Part shown: one piece after another, positions 26,001 to 35,427 of the stretch
How the letters are laid out: every line of letters begins with the position of its first letter
Numbering within the stretch: the first letter of the stretch is position 1
DNA from: Edaphobacter sp.
Lineage (GTDB): Bacteria > Acidobacteriota > Terriglobia > Terriglobales > Acidobacteriaceae
Reading direction: 5' to 3'
Assembly (NCBI GenBank): GCA_965277575.1
Contig: CBDIDK010000001.1
Coordinates: 177,622 to 241,621 of the forward strand
DNA length: 64,000 bases
Translations under genes and position numbers: made by a program
The notes under the pieces: model-generated
Told to the model about the DNA's origin: nothing
Seen by the model: the letters and a program-made list of their open reading frames with translations, nothing else
Databases searched by the model: none

Positions 26001-26149
26001 GGATGAATTCTCGCGAGCCCCGCGCTCATGGAGGATTCAGGTGCGTGTCGCTATATTCAGTCCACCCACAGACCTTTGACTTCTCGGGGCCCGTATTGTC
26101 ACTACGTGGAGCGAGGCTGCTGGCGCAGGTGCAAGAGGAGTTGTGCGCA

Positions 26150-27580
26150 ATGGCAGATGGACGAAAGACCTTCCTACGATGGGCGATGGCAGCAGGAGCG
26201 CTTGCGACGATCAACCTCTATGCCCAGGCTCCCAAGCCGGCCTCGGCTCATATTGACAGTGCAGAGGCGGAGACGATACTCAAGGACCTTATCTCTATCA
26301 ATACGAGCAACCCTCCAGGCAACGAGACCAAGGCGGCTGAGTATATCCAGACGCTCCTGAAGCGGGAGGGCATCGATTCGCACATCTATGAGCTTGAGCC
26401 CGGCCGGGGCAACCTGATCGCGCGCCTGAAGGGCAATGGGCAGAAGAAGCCCATTTTACTGATGGGTCATCTGGACGTGGTCGGAGTGCAGCGGGATCAC
26501 TGGAACACCGATCCGTTCACTCCCACCATCAAGGACGGCTATCTCTACGGCAGAGGAGCGATGGACGACAAGGGTATGGTCACAGCGAACCTGGAAGCGT
26601 TTCTCGAGCTGCATCGCCGGCATATTCCGCTCGACCGCGATGTGATCTTTCTGGCCGAAGCCGGCGAAGAAGGCGGCCCGAAGGTTGGCATCGACTTCCT
26701 GGTGGAAAAGCATTGGGATGAGATTGCGGCCGAATCCTGCCTGAACGAAGGCGGCGCAATGGTCGTCGTCAACGGCAAGATTCAGTATGTCGCCGTATCC
26801 ACAACGGAGAAGGTGCCATGGCCAACCAAGCTGATTGCGCATGGGACCGGAGGACATGCTTCGGTTCCGACGACCGACGATGCCGTCACGCATCTTGCCG
26901 CCGCTGTCGCGAAGGCCGGTACGTTCGAAATGCCGGTACACCTGGATGCGAATGCCATCGCCTTCTTCCACGGCCTGGCGCGCATCAGCAGTCCTGAGGA
27001 TGCGGCGGTCTACGGCAAACTGGACGATCCCATTGCGGGCAAAGCCGCCCAGGAAAAGTTGAAGACGCTGAATCCACGCTACGCGGCTACGCTTCGCACC
27101 ACGATCGTGCCGACGATCATCAACGGTGGATTTCGCGAAAATGTCGTGCCGTCGCAGGCCGAGGCAACGCTGGATATCCGCGTGCTGCCGCAGGACAGGA
27201 TTCAAGATGTTGTCGCCGCTCTGAATAAGGTTATCAACGACGATGCGGTCAAGGTTGTGCCGCCGGACAGCGCTCGTCCAACGTCGCCGCCCTCGCCGGT
27301 GACCTCGGACCTCTTCGACGCGATGGAGGAGACACAGCGGGAGATGTTTCCAGGCGCGGCGACGTTGCCGATGCTGCTCCCCGCCACCACCGACGCCGCA
27401 CAACTGCGCGCCAAAGGGATGTATGTCTATGGACTGGGCGGCGCGCAGACGGCCGATGACCGCGAGCGTGTTCACGGAAACAACGAACGCATTGCCGTGC
27501 CTGCGATCGGGCAGTTCAGTCAATTTGTCTATCAGACCATGCTGCATGTCGTCACCGACAAAACAGCTCGCTCGAATTAG
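26150..27580 (+). CDS. secreted M20/M25/M40-family metallopeptidase
   Basis: ATG 26150 preceded by AGAGGAG. Signal peptide ending LYAQAP. Metal motifs MGHLDVVG, YGRGAMDDKG and AEAGEEGG. Confidence 0.8.
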   Translation: MADGRKTFLRWAMAAGALATINLYAQAPKPASAHIDSAEAETILKDLISINTSNPPGNETKAAEYIQTLLKREGIDSHIYELEPGRGNLIARLKGNGQKKPILLMGHLDVVGVQRDHWNTDPFTPTIKDGYLYGRGAMDDKGMVTANLEAFLELHRRHIPLDRDVIFLAEAGEEGGPKVGIDFLVEKHWDEIAAESCLNEGGAMVVVNGKIQYVAVSTTEKVPWPTKLIAHGTGGHASVPTTDDAVTHLAAAVAKAGTFEMPVHLDANAIAFFHGLARISSPEDAAVYGKLDDPIAGKAAQEKLKTLNPRYAATLRTTIVPTIINGGFRENVVPSQAEATLDIRVLPQDRIQDVVAALNKVINDDAVKVVPPDSARPTSPPSPVTSDLFDAMEETQREMFPGAATLPMLLPATTDAAQLRAKGMYVYGLGGAQTADDRERVHGNNERIAVPAIGQFSQFVYQTMLHVVTDKTARSN

Positions 27581-27622
27581 AACGCTCACCAGAACCAAAC
27601 GTCACTTTTGAAAGAGGATTCG

Positions 27623-30600
27623 ATGCACAAGCTTCTGTCCTGGACCGAAACTCTAGTATGCCGTGGCGCTACTCTGGCCGTTTCAGTGTGGGTTCTCACG
27701 ATCATTGCCGGCGGCGCGGGCTTCGCGCAGGTAGCTGGGGGCACCATCTCCGGCACGATTGCCGATCCCAGCGGAGCCGGAATACCCAAAGCTTCCGTCG
27801 TGGTGAAGAGCAGCGCTACCGGAGCCGAACGCACGGCACTCACAAGCGGCGCAGGCTTCTTTCAAGTGCCCGATCTTCCCGCTGACACCTACTCCGTGAA
27901 AACCACCGCTTCTGGCTTTGCAACGGAGGTCGAGTCCGGGGTCAAGCTCGTTGTGGGCGGTACACAGACCGTCAATGTAGTCATGAAGACTGGCGAAGTC
28001 AGCGAGACGGTTAATGTGCAGGCAGATGTCGCCACTGTCGATGCGACTACCTCGACAGTGGGAGAGAATGTCGGCCCGAAGACGATTGTCGAACTGCCAC
28101 TGAACGGGCGGGATTGGACGTCGCTTGCGATCCTGCAGCCTGGGGTGGCGGCCGTGCGGACCCAGGCGGTCCCGGGGATCAACAACACGCGCGACAATCG
28201 AGGGCTGGGCAATCAGCTCACCGTAGCGGGAAACCGGCCGCAACAGAATAACTATCGTTTGGATGGAATCAGTATCAACGACTACTCGAATGGAGCCCCC
28301 GGCAGTGTGCTTGGAGTTGATCTGGGCGTCGAATCGATCCAGGAGTTCTCCGTCATTACGAGCAATGCAGATGCCTCGTACGGAAAGACCTCCGGCGGCG
28401 TGATCAACGCCATCTCCCGCTCGGGCACCAATGCGCTCCACGGGTCGGTGTATGAGTTCCTGCGCAACAGCGCGCTCGATGCACGGAACTACTTCGACGG
28501 CCCGACGATACCTGCATTCAAGCGGAACCAGTTTGGCGCGTCCGCGGGGGGACCGATCAAGAAGGATCGTACCTTTCTCTTCGGCGACTACGAAGGCATT
28601 CGGCAGAGTCTTGGGGTCACGTTCGTCAACACCGCGGTTCCGACCGCCGCCGCCCGGCAGGGTACTCTGTGCAGCAGCGGCGCGCCATCCTGCACCAAAC
28701 GGCAGGTGGCCGTCGATCCCGCAGTCGGCAAATTCCTGGCGCTCTACCCGCTTCCCAACGGCGCCATTGCTCCGTCAGGCGACACCGGCAGCTACTCGCT
28801 GGCATCTCAGCAGGTCTCGAGCGAAGACTTTTTCACCATACGCGGAGACCACAAGATCGACGACTCCGATACCGTATTTGCGACCTATCTGTACGACGCA
28901 GGAAAGTCCACGGGGCCGGACACGCTGGGGAGCAAGCTGATCGGCACGATCTCGCAGCGCCATGTAGCGACAGTCGAGGAGAGCCATGTCTTCAGGCCCA
29001 ACCTGCTCAATTCGGTCCGCATCGGATATAGCCGGGTCGTCTCACAGGCGCCTCTTACCCTCTCCGCGGTGAACCCGCTCGCTGCCGACACTTCGTTTGG
29101 CGCTATTCCCGGCCGCGCGGCGCCGGTGGTGAACGTGGGCGGTCTGTCGCAGTATCCAGGAGGGCTTGGCAGTGTCGGCGAGTTCGATTACCACTACAAC
29201 TCGTATCAGGCCTATGACGATCTGTTCCTCACGAAGGGCAATCACGCTCTGAAGTTCGGCTTTGCCTTCGAGAGAATGCAGAACAACGGGCTGGGCGCGC
29301 TGAATCCGAACGGTAACTTCACCTTTCCGGACCTGCAATCTTTACTCACGAACAAGCCCAGCGTGTTCACATCGCCTTTAGGCAGCATCGGCGTGGGGCT
29401 TACGCCTCGCGACCTTCGGCTGTCCGTGATCGGCGCGTACGTGCAGGATGACTGGCGCGCACGCAGAAACCTTACGCTGAACCTTGGCCTGCGATATGAA
29501 ATCGCTACCGTCCCCACCGAGAGCAAGGGGAAGCTTGCAACGCTGGTGAATGCCACCGATGCCGCTCCGCGGATTGGAAGCCCTTACTTCAACAACCCGA
29601 CGTTGAAGAACTTTGCCCCTCGCGTCGGCTTCGGATGGTCGCCCTACGGATCAGGCAAGACGGCGGTCCGGGGAGGCTTCGGCATCTACGATTCCCTGCC
29701 CCTGCTGTATTTGTTTCAGGTCGCGTCCGAGACCGACGGGCCGTTCTACAAGACGGGCAGCAGCAGCAATGCAGCGGCGCTGGCAGGCAGCTTTCCCAAC
29801 GGCGCGTATCCCCTGATAGCGGCTGCTGCCTCAATCAATTACCAGCATGTCCAACAAGATCCCAAGAGAAATTACGTCATGGAATGGAACCTGAGCGTTC
29901 AGCAGGAGTTCCCTGCCAACACGACGCTGACCGTCGGGTACATCGGTTCGCATGGATTGCACAATCCCGGCGAGTGGGATGAGAACATCGTGTTGCCGAC
30001 GCTGACTCCCCAGGGCTACCTCGGCGCTCCTGCCGGGACGCCATCGGTCAACCCCAACCCGAATGTAGGCTCGGCAGACGGAATCCTGTGGAACGGGGCA
30101 TCTGTCTATCACGGCCTCAACCTCGGCGTGAAGAAGCAGCTGAGTCATGGCGTCCAGTTTCAGGGAGCGTATACGTGGCAGAAGGCCATCGACGAAGGTT
30201 CTGCTACGGTGAGCGGAGACACGTTCCTGAATTCGATCGTCAATCAGCCCTTCTACTTCGATCCCCACGTGCGGCGCGGACTGGCCGATTTCAACATTGG
30301 ACAGAATCTCGTGCTGAACTATCTCTGGACGATTCCAGGGCTGAGGCAGGCCGACCCGGCCCTGCGCCTGGTCGCAAACGGATGGGAGCTTGGGGGAATC
30401 TTCCAGGCAAGCACCGGAACTCCCTTCACGGCAACCGTCAGCGGAGATCCCATGGGACTGAAACCTCATGCCGGCGACACCTACGATATCGCCAATCTGT
30501 CGAGGGGTCCGGGATGCTCTTCACCAGTGGGGCTCGTCAAACACGCGGGATCGAACCCCACTTTCATCAATACATCGTGCTTTGCGTTCCCCGGAAGATA

Positions 30601-30892
30601 CCTTGGGAATGCGGGAAGAAACACGCTGATCGGTCCGGGCCTCAACGAGTTCGACATGTCGCTGTTCAAGAACACTCATATCACCAGGATCTCAGACACG
30701 TTCAATGCGCAGTTCAGGTTTGAGGCCTTCAATATCTTCAACCGGGCGAACTTTGCGATCCCGACCGGCAACAATGGAGGGGATCGAGTTCTCTTTACCC
30801 AGACCGGAAGCCCGAACGCTACAGCGGGCCAAATCACTGCGACCACCACCACGGCGCGTCAACTTCAGTTCGCTCTCAAGCTGATATTTTGA
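27623..30892 (+). CDS. TonB-dependent receptor-like outer-membrane protein with CarboxypepD_reg N-domain (TBDR-1)
   Basis: Signal peptide. Ig-like regulatory domain (GTISGTIADPSGAGIPKASVVVK...YSVKTTASGF). Plug-like ELPLNGRDWTSL. ~900-aa barrel region. C-terminal ...FALKLIF (terminal Phe). Confidence 0.85.
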   Translation: MHKLLSWTETLVCRGATLAVSVWVLTIIAGGAGFAQVAGGTISGTIADPSGAGIPKASVVVKSSATGAERTALTSGAGFFQVPDLPADTYSVKTTASGFATEVESGVKLVVGGTQTVNVVMKTGEVSETVNVQADVATVDATTSTVGENVGPKTIVELPLNGRDWTSLAILQPGVAAVRTQAVPGINNTRDNRGLGNQLTVAGNRPQQNNYRLDGISINDYSNGAPGSVLGVDLGVESIQEFSVITSNADASYGKTSGGVINAISRSGTNALHGSVYEFLRNSALDARNYFDGPTIPAFKRNQFGASAGGPIKKDRTFLFGDYEGIRQSLGVTFVNTAVPTAAARQGTLCSSGAPSCTKRQVAVDPAVGKFLALYPLPNGAIAPSGDTGSYSLASQQVSSEDFFTIRGDHKIDDSDTVFATYLYDAGKSTGPDTLGSKLIGTISQRHVATVEESHVFRPNLLNSVRIGYSRVVSQAPLTLSAVNPLAADTSFGAIPGRAAPVVNVGGLSQYPGGLGSVGEFDYHYNSYQAYDDLFLTKGNHALKFGFAFERMQNNGLGALNPNGNFTFPDLQSLLTNKPSVFTSPLGSIGVGLTPRDLRLSVIGAYVQDDWRARRNLTLNLGLRYEIATVPTESKGKLATLVNATDAAPRIGSPYFNNPTLKNFAPRVGFGWSPYGSGKTAVRGGFGIYDSLPLLYLFQVASETDGPFYKTGSSSNAAALAGSFPNGAYPLIAAAASINYQHVQQDPKRNYVMEWNLSVQQEFPANTTLTVGYIGSHGLHNPGEWDENIVLPTLTPQGYLGAPAGTPSVNPNPNVGSADGILWNGASVYHGLNLGVKKQLSHGVQFQGAYTWQKAIDEGSATVSGDTFLNSIVNQPFYFDPHVRRGLADFNIGQNLVLNYLWTIPGLRQADPALRLVANGWELGGIFQASTGTPFTATVSGDPMGLKPHAGDTYDIANLSRGPGCSSPVGLVKHAGSNPTFINTSCFAFPGRYLGNAGRNTLIGPGLNEFDMSLFKNTHITRISDTFNAQFRFEAFNIFNRANFAIPTGNNGGDRVLFTQTGSPNATAGQITATTTTARQLQFALKLIF

Positions 30893-31018
30893 CCGCTGCC
30901 TATCCAGCCCTTGAGAATGGCTTCCCTGGTAGAAGAGCCGGCGATGGCGAGACAGTTGCCGTCTCTTCTGAAGACTTACTGTGCCAGCCTGCACGCTTCC
31001 AATGAGGAACAGATATCT

Positions 31019-32677
31019 ATGAGGCATGTCCGTCGCTCTACCTCCAGGCAGTTTCTGGTGCTGTTGGTGATCGGACTGTTCCAGCCGGCTCTCGCATCTG
31101 CCACCACTTGCGAAGGTCTTGCGGCGATGACGATCTCGCATATCGAAATCAGGTCCGCCACCATGATTGCAGCTGGCCGCTTCACTCCGGCCCAGCCGTC
31201 TGAGCGGAGTGAAGCTGCCGGTCTTTCAGGATCAGTTCCAGCCTTTTGCAGAGTGGTCGGCGTAGCGCGGCCGACAACCGATTCGGTTATCAACTTTGAA
31301 GTCTGGTTACCGGCGGTCTCCTCGTGGAATAGGAAGTTCGAGGGTGTGGGCAATGGCGGCTACATTGGAAGCATCAGCTATGGCGCGATGGAGAATGCAA
31401 TCAGCCGGGGTTATGCGACTGCCAGTACCGACACCGGGCACGCCGGAGGCGACCTTCGGTTTGCAGCCGGACATCCTGAAAAGATTGTGGACTGGGGTTA
31501 TTGTGCCATTCACATCACCGCGCAGGCAGCAAAGCTCATCCTTCGCGAGTATTATGGCCACTCCCCCCAGCATTCCTACTTCAATGGATGTTCCACCGGC
31601 GGAGAACAAGCGCTATCCGAAGCTCAACGGTTTCCAGAGGATTATGACGGCATCCTCGCAGGAGATGCCGGAAATGATCGTGTCCATCTCAACGTAGGAT
31701 TTTTGTGGGCCTTTGCAGTAACCCACAAGGACGGGCAGCCTATACTGCCCGAAGCCAAGTTGCCGCTGATCAACAAGGCCGCCATTGCGGCTTGCGATAA
31801 AGACGATGGTCTGGAAGACGGTGTCATCGCCGATCCGCTACATTGCGCCTTCGACCCTGGGACCCTGTTGTGCAAAGCAGGCGAGAGCGAGGGCTGCCTG
31901 ACGTCAACCGAGGTTGAAGCCGTTAGGAAGATCTATCAGGGGCCCAAAAATCCTCGCACCGGCAAGCGAATCATCGCGGGCTGGGAGCCTGGCAGCGAGG
32001 TTCTGACGAGTGGCGACTATGGCGGCTGGAAGAACTATGTGTTGAGTGGGTCTGAACCGGCCCGAACGGATTTCTGGAAGTACTTCGTATTCGACGATCC
32101 GCATTGGGATTGGCGCACCTTCGACTATGACCGTGACGTGGCATACGCCGATACCAAAATGGCCGCCGTCAACGCGAGCGGTGTCGACCTGCAGAAGTAC
32201 AAAGCCCTGGGCGGGAAGATTTTGATGTATCACGGCTGGGCAGATCCCGTGGGTCCACCGCAAGACGCAATCGACTACTACGAGAGAGTTGAACAAGCGA
32301 TGGGTGGCTCTGAAAAGACCCATGACTTCTTCAGGCTTTTCCTGGCGCCCGGGATGTCCCACTGCAACGGCGGCCCAGGATACCAGCTAGCTGGGGGAGC
32401 AAGGGCCGGCAACGATCCCGACAACGTACCGAAGAGCACTCACCCTGATCCCGGCCATGACATGTTGAGCGCCTTGGATCGATGGGTCGAGCAGAACAAT
32501 CCTCCGGATCGGATCATTGCCACGCGCCACGTTCCCGGAGCTGACGATCACAGCATGCCCGTCTGTGCCTATCCTCTTACGGCCCACCTGCTCAAAGGTG
32601 GAGATGCAAAGAATGCCTCCGGCTTCGGTTGCATCGAGCAGAAGCCAGCAAGAGGAAAGAAGCTTCCATCTCCGTAG
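31019..32677 (+). CDS. secreted tannase/feruloyl-esterase-family alpha/beta hydrolase
   Basis: ATG 31019 after an AGGAA RBS, with a signal peptide ending ALASA. Family-typical nucleophile motif GCSTGGEQAL. ~550 aa. Confidence 0.75.
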   Translation: MRHVRRSTSRQFLVLLVIGLFQPALASATTCEGLAAMTISHIEIRSATMIAAGRFTPAQPSERSEAAGLSGSVPAFCRVVGVARPTTDSVINFEVWLPAVSSWNRKFEGVGNGGYIGSISYGAMENAISRGYATASTDTGHAGGDLRFAAGHPEKIVDWGYCAIHITAQAAKLILREYYGHSPQHSYFNGCSTGGEQALSEAQRFPEDYDGILAGDAGNDRVHLNVGFLWAFAVTHKDGQPILPEAKLPLINKAAIAACDKDDGLEDGVIADPLHCAFDPGTLLCKAGESEGCLTSTEVEAVRKIYQGPKNPRTGKRIIAGWEPGSEVLTSGDYGGWKNYVLSGSEPARTDFWKYFVFDDPHWDWRTFDYDRDVAYADTKMAAVNASGVDLQKYKALGGKILMYHGWADPVGPPQDAIDYYERVEQAMGGSEKTHDFFRLFLAPGMSHCNGGPGYQLAGGARAGNDPDNVPKSTHPDPGHDMLSALDRWVEQNNPPDRIIATRHVPGADDHSMPVCAYPLTAHLLKGGDAKNASGFGCIEQKPARGKKLPSP

Positions 32678-32719
32678 CGTCTCCGCTCCTCGCCCGATTT
32701 TCCCTCAGCAGCAGACCTG

Positions 32720-34807
32720 TTACTGAACGACAACCTGCAGGCTGATGGTGGTAGCAGATCCGCTCGACGGGGTCACTGTGACCGGGACGGTGTACGTCCC
32801 TGCCGTAGCATTGCTGCTGGAACCGCCGCATCCTGTGATCCCGAACATCGCCCCCGCTGAGAGCATCAGGAGGAGCATAAACAGTCCAAGATTTCTATGC
32901 ACCTGTTTGCGGCGACGCAAGCCGGCCAGGAAGAGACCGCCAAGCGTGGGGCAGAAGAGCAGCGCGGAAAAGATGCGATGCGTCTCCAGGGCTCCGGGAA
33001 GCGATGGGATGAGGAGCGCGGCTGAGGAACTGCTCGCATTGGTCGCGATGGTGAGAGTCGAGGTTTGCACTGTGCCGGAGCCGCTAAGGGTGAGCGAAGC
33101 GGGCGTGAACGAGCAGGACAGGTGAGCGGGAAGAGCTCCGCAGGCCAGAGCCAGAGCGCCGGTGTAGCCGCCCGCGGGAGTGACCGTGATGCTGGTGGTT
33201 CCGGATGCGCCGCGAGAGATGGTGAGCGGGTTCGGTGAAGCGCTGGCGGTGAAGGTCGGAGTAGCGATCGTCTGTGTGATGACGGCTGAGGTTGAACCGG
33301 CAAAGACCCCGGAGGCGGCATAGCTGGCGGTGATGGGATGAGTTCCGGAGGTCAGGGTGGAGCTTGTGTAGGTGGCGGAGCCGTTGGTCAGGGCACCGGT
33401 TCCGAGGGTAGTTGAGCCATCGAGGAAAGTGACGGTCCCGGTAGGCGTCCCGTAGGTTGCAACGGCCGGCGTAACAGCAGCCGTAAAGGTGACGGAGGCG
33501 CCGGGATTCGCGCTGAGACTGGAGGAGGTGACCGTGGTCGTGGTGGAAATCGCGGAGGCGATGATGGGAAGTGCCTGGGCGGTCGAGGTGCTGGGGTTGA
33601 AGGTCGTGTCACCCGCGTAGACGGCGGTAATGCTGTAGGGACTCGCTCCAACGCTCGCTCCGGAGAACGTGGCTGAAACGGCCCCCGTCGCGTCAAGCGG
33701 ACCCGAGGCAACAACCGCGCCGGCGCTGAAGAAGGTGACCAGGCCCGTCGGTTTGGCGGCCGAGGCGGTGGAGGTGACCAGAGCCTTCAGGGTGACAGGC
33801 TGACCGGCGATCGCAGCGGACGGGACGGTAAGCGTGGTGGTACTGGCGACCAGCGGAGTGAGGAGGTTCGCGGCAGCGGCGGCGACGAAGTGATGGCCGG
33901 TGGTGGTGGGGTGGAGTCCGTCCCAGATGAGATAGGTGTCGGGATTGCCCGAGATACCCTGTGCAGCGGCCGTTACATTGCCAAAGCCCAGCGACATCGG
34001 GTTGCTGAAGGCTGTCGAGAAAAGAGTGTAGATGTCCGGCTGATAGACGTTGATGGGCGTGCCATGAGCGGAAGCGCTTATCTTGAGAGCGGCGATATCC
34101 TGCGCGAGCTGCGCTGCAAAGTTGGCCGCGGCAGCATTCAACGCGGTCGTGTTTGGACCGGCGTACTCGGGAACGTTGCCGAGCGGAGGAAGGTTCGGAA
34201 CCAGGAAATTGGTTGCGCCCGCAGTAATGAGACGCTGGATGAGGGCGGTCTCGCGCTGGGCCGCGGCGGTGACGTTGCCCGCGCTGTGGTCGGCATAGAG
34301 ATCGTCGGCCCCGCCCCACAGGATATACAGGGTTTGTGCGTTCGGCGTGGGATTGGTGGCGAGGTAATCGGTCACCTGCTGGCCCATATTGTGGATCGTG
34401 ATGGAGATGGGGATACCGGAGAATGTCTCCGAGACGGTCGAGGTGCCGTCCTCGGTGGTGGCTTCGCCGTAGGCGTAATCGTTGCCCCCGCCAAGAGAGT
34501 CTTTGACGGCAGGCTTGGAGGCGAAGGAAGCCGCAAGCTGCTCAGCCCAGACACCAAAGTAGGACTTCGCGGCGGGCTGAGTATCGGCGCCATCCGTGAA
34601 GCGCCCGTCGGTGTAGTTGAAGCCGAGGACTGGGTTGTCGGTCGGGTACCGGATCAGGTACTGGCTCTCGGTAATGTGTGCGATGTTGCCGGTGTCCGAG
34701 AGTGAGTCTCCGAAGACGACGACAGTGTTGAAGGTGGTCTGGGCCCGAACGGCGGCTCCGAAGAGCAGAACGGAGAGGAGACAAAGGAGGCGTCGGGTGA
34801 GCAGCAC
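32720..34807 (-). CDS. secreted SGNH/GDSL esterase fused to Ig-like repeats and an unusual TM-RRRK-TM-lipobox tail
   Basis: Probable GTG start at 34807 (GGAGA 7 nt upstream, giving signal peptide MLLTRRLLCLLSVLLFGAAVRAQ). GDSL block I VVFGDSLSDTGN and block V WDGLHPT. Then ~330 aa of Thr/Ser/Ala-rich Ig-like repeats. Confidence 0.8.
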   Translation of the reverse strand: MLLTRRLLCLLSVLLFGAAVRAQTTFNTVVVFGDSLSDTGNIAHITESQYLIRYPTDNPVLGFNYTDGRFTDGADTQPAAKSYFGVWAEQLAASFASKPAVKDSLGGGNDYAYGEATTEDGTSTVSETFSGIPISITIHNMGQQVTDYLATNPTPNAQTLYILWGGADDLYADHSAGNVTAAAQRETALIQRLITAGATNFLVPNLPPLGNVPEYAGPNTTALNAAAANFAAQLAQDIAALKISASAHGTPINVYQPDIYTLFSTAFSNPMSLGFGNVTAAAQGISGNPDTYLIWDGLHPTTTGHHFVAAAAANLLTPLVASTTTLTVPSAAIAGQPVTLKALVTSTASAAKPTGLVTFFSAGAVVASGPLDATGAVSATFSGASVGASPYSITAVYAGDTTFNPSTSTAQALPIIASAISTTTTVTSSSLSANPGASVTFTAAVTPAVATYGTPTGTVTFLDGSTTLGTGALTNGSATYTSSTLTSGTHPITASYAASGVFAGSTSAVITQTIATPTFTASASPNPLTISRGASGTTSITVTPAGGYTGALALACGALPAHLSCSFTPASLTLSGSGTVQTSTLTIATNASSSSAALLIPSLPGALETHRIFSALLFCPTLGGLFLAGLRRRKQVHRNLGLFMLLLMLSAGAMFGITGCGGSSSNATAGTYTVPVTVTPSSGSATTISLQVVVQ

Positions 34808-35427
34808 GGTGTATCTCCGGGACAGGGATATCTTTTGTCGGTCAACTCTATCATCTCTATCATCGACGGCAGATCCTGACACTTATTGCAGTGAACATGT
34901 GCCAGGTCGGCAGCCGCGCACTTCGTGCCGGAGGCAATCACCTGCATGGACAACTACTCATCGTGACTCTTGATCGAATTCTCTTCGCACATCGCTACGT
35001 CAACCCTCAGACGCCTGCAATTCTCTCTCGACTACGAGTTCTGATGACCGATCGAACCAACTTGCCCGAATTCGCGTACGAAGATGGAATGGACGACTGG
35101 TGATCCTGGTGCGGCATGACCATATGCGATTACCACGTTCATACGCGCATGTGATCGCCCGTCTCTTCCTGTTCAAGCAGAGAGGTAGGACTTCCTAAAT
35201 CGCACTTCTCCAAAAAAATAAGAATATGCTTGTCAAACCCTCACAAAATCCAGCACAATGGTGCGGCTTGTCAGAGGCAGCCCGCATTGGTCTGAAAAGT
35301 TACTGCATTTGTCTTCACCTTCGTGCAAATTGGTCATGCCACATTGGGTGCGCCGGCACGAAGCGTTGAAGTTGCGACACCGAACAAAGTACAAGGAAGT
35401 CAATCAGCATCTCCGGAGTGAAACACC

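Noticed and set aside
34891-35103. 70-aa ORF in the long GDSL/TBDR-2 intergenic region.
   Set aside because: It has no RBS. Its codon usage is unlike the neighbours (many A/T-ending codons such as CTA, CGA, ATT), and it has no recognisable motif. It is treated as non-coding, and the region is flagged separately.
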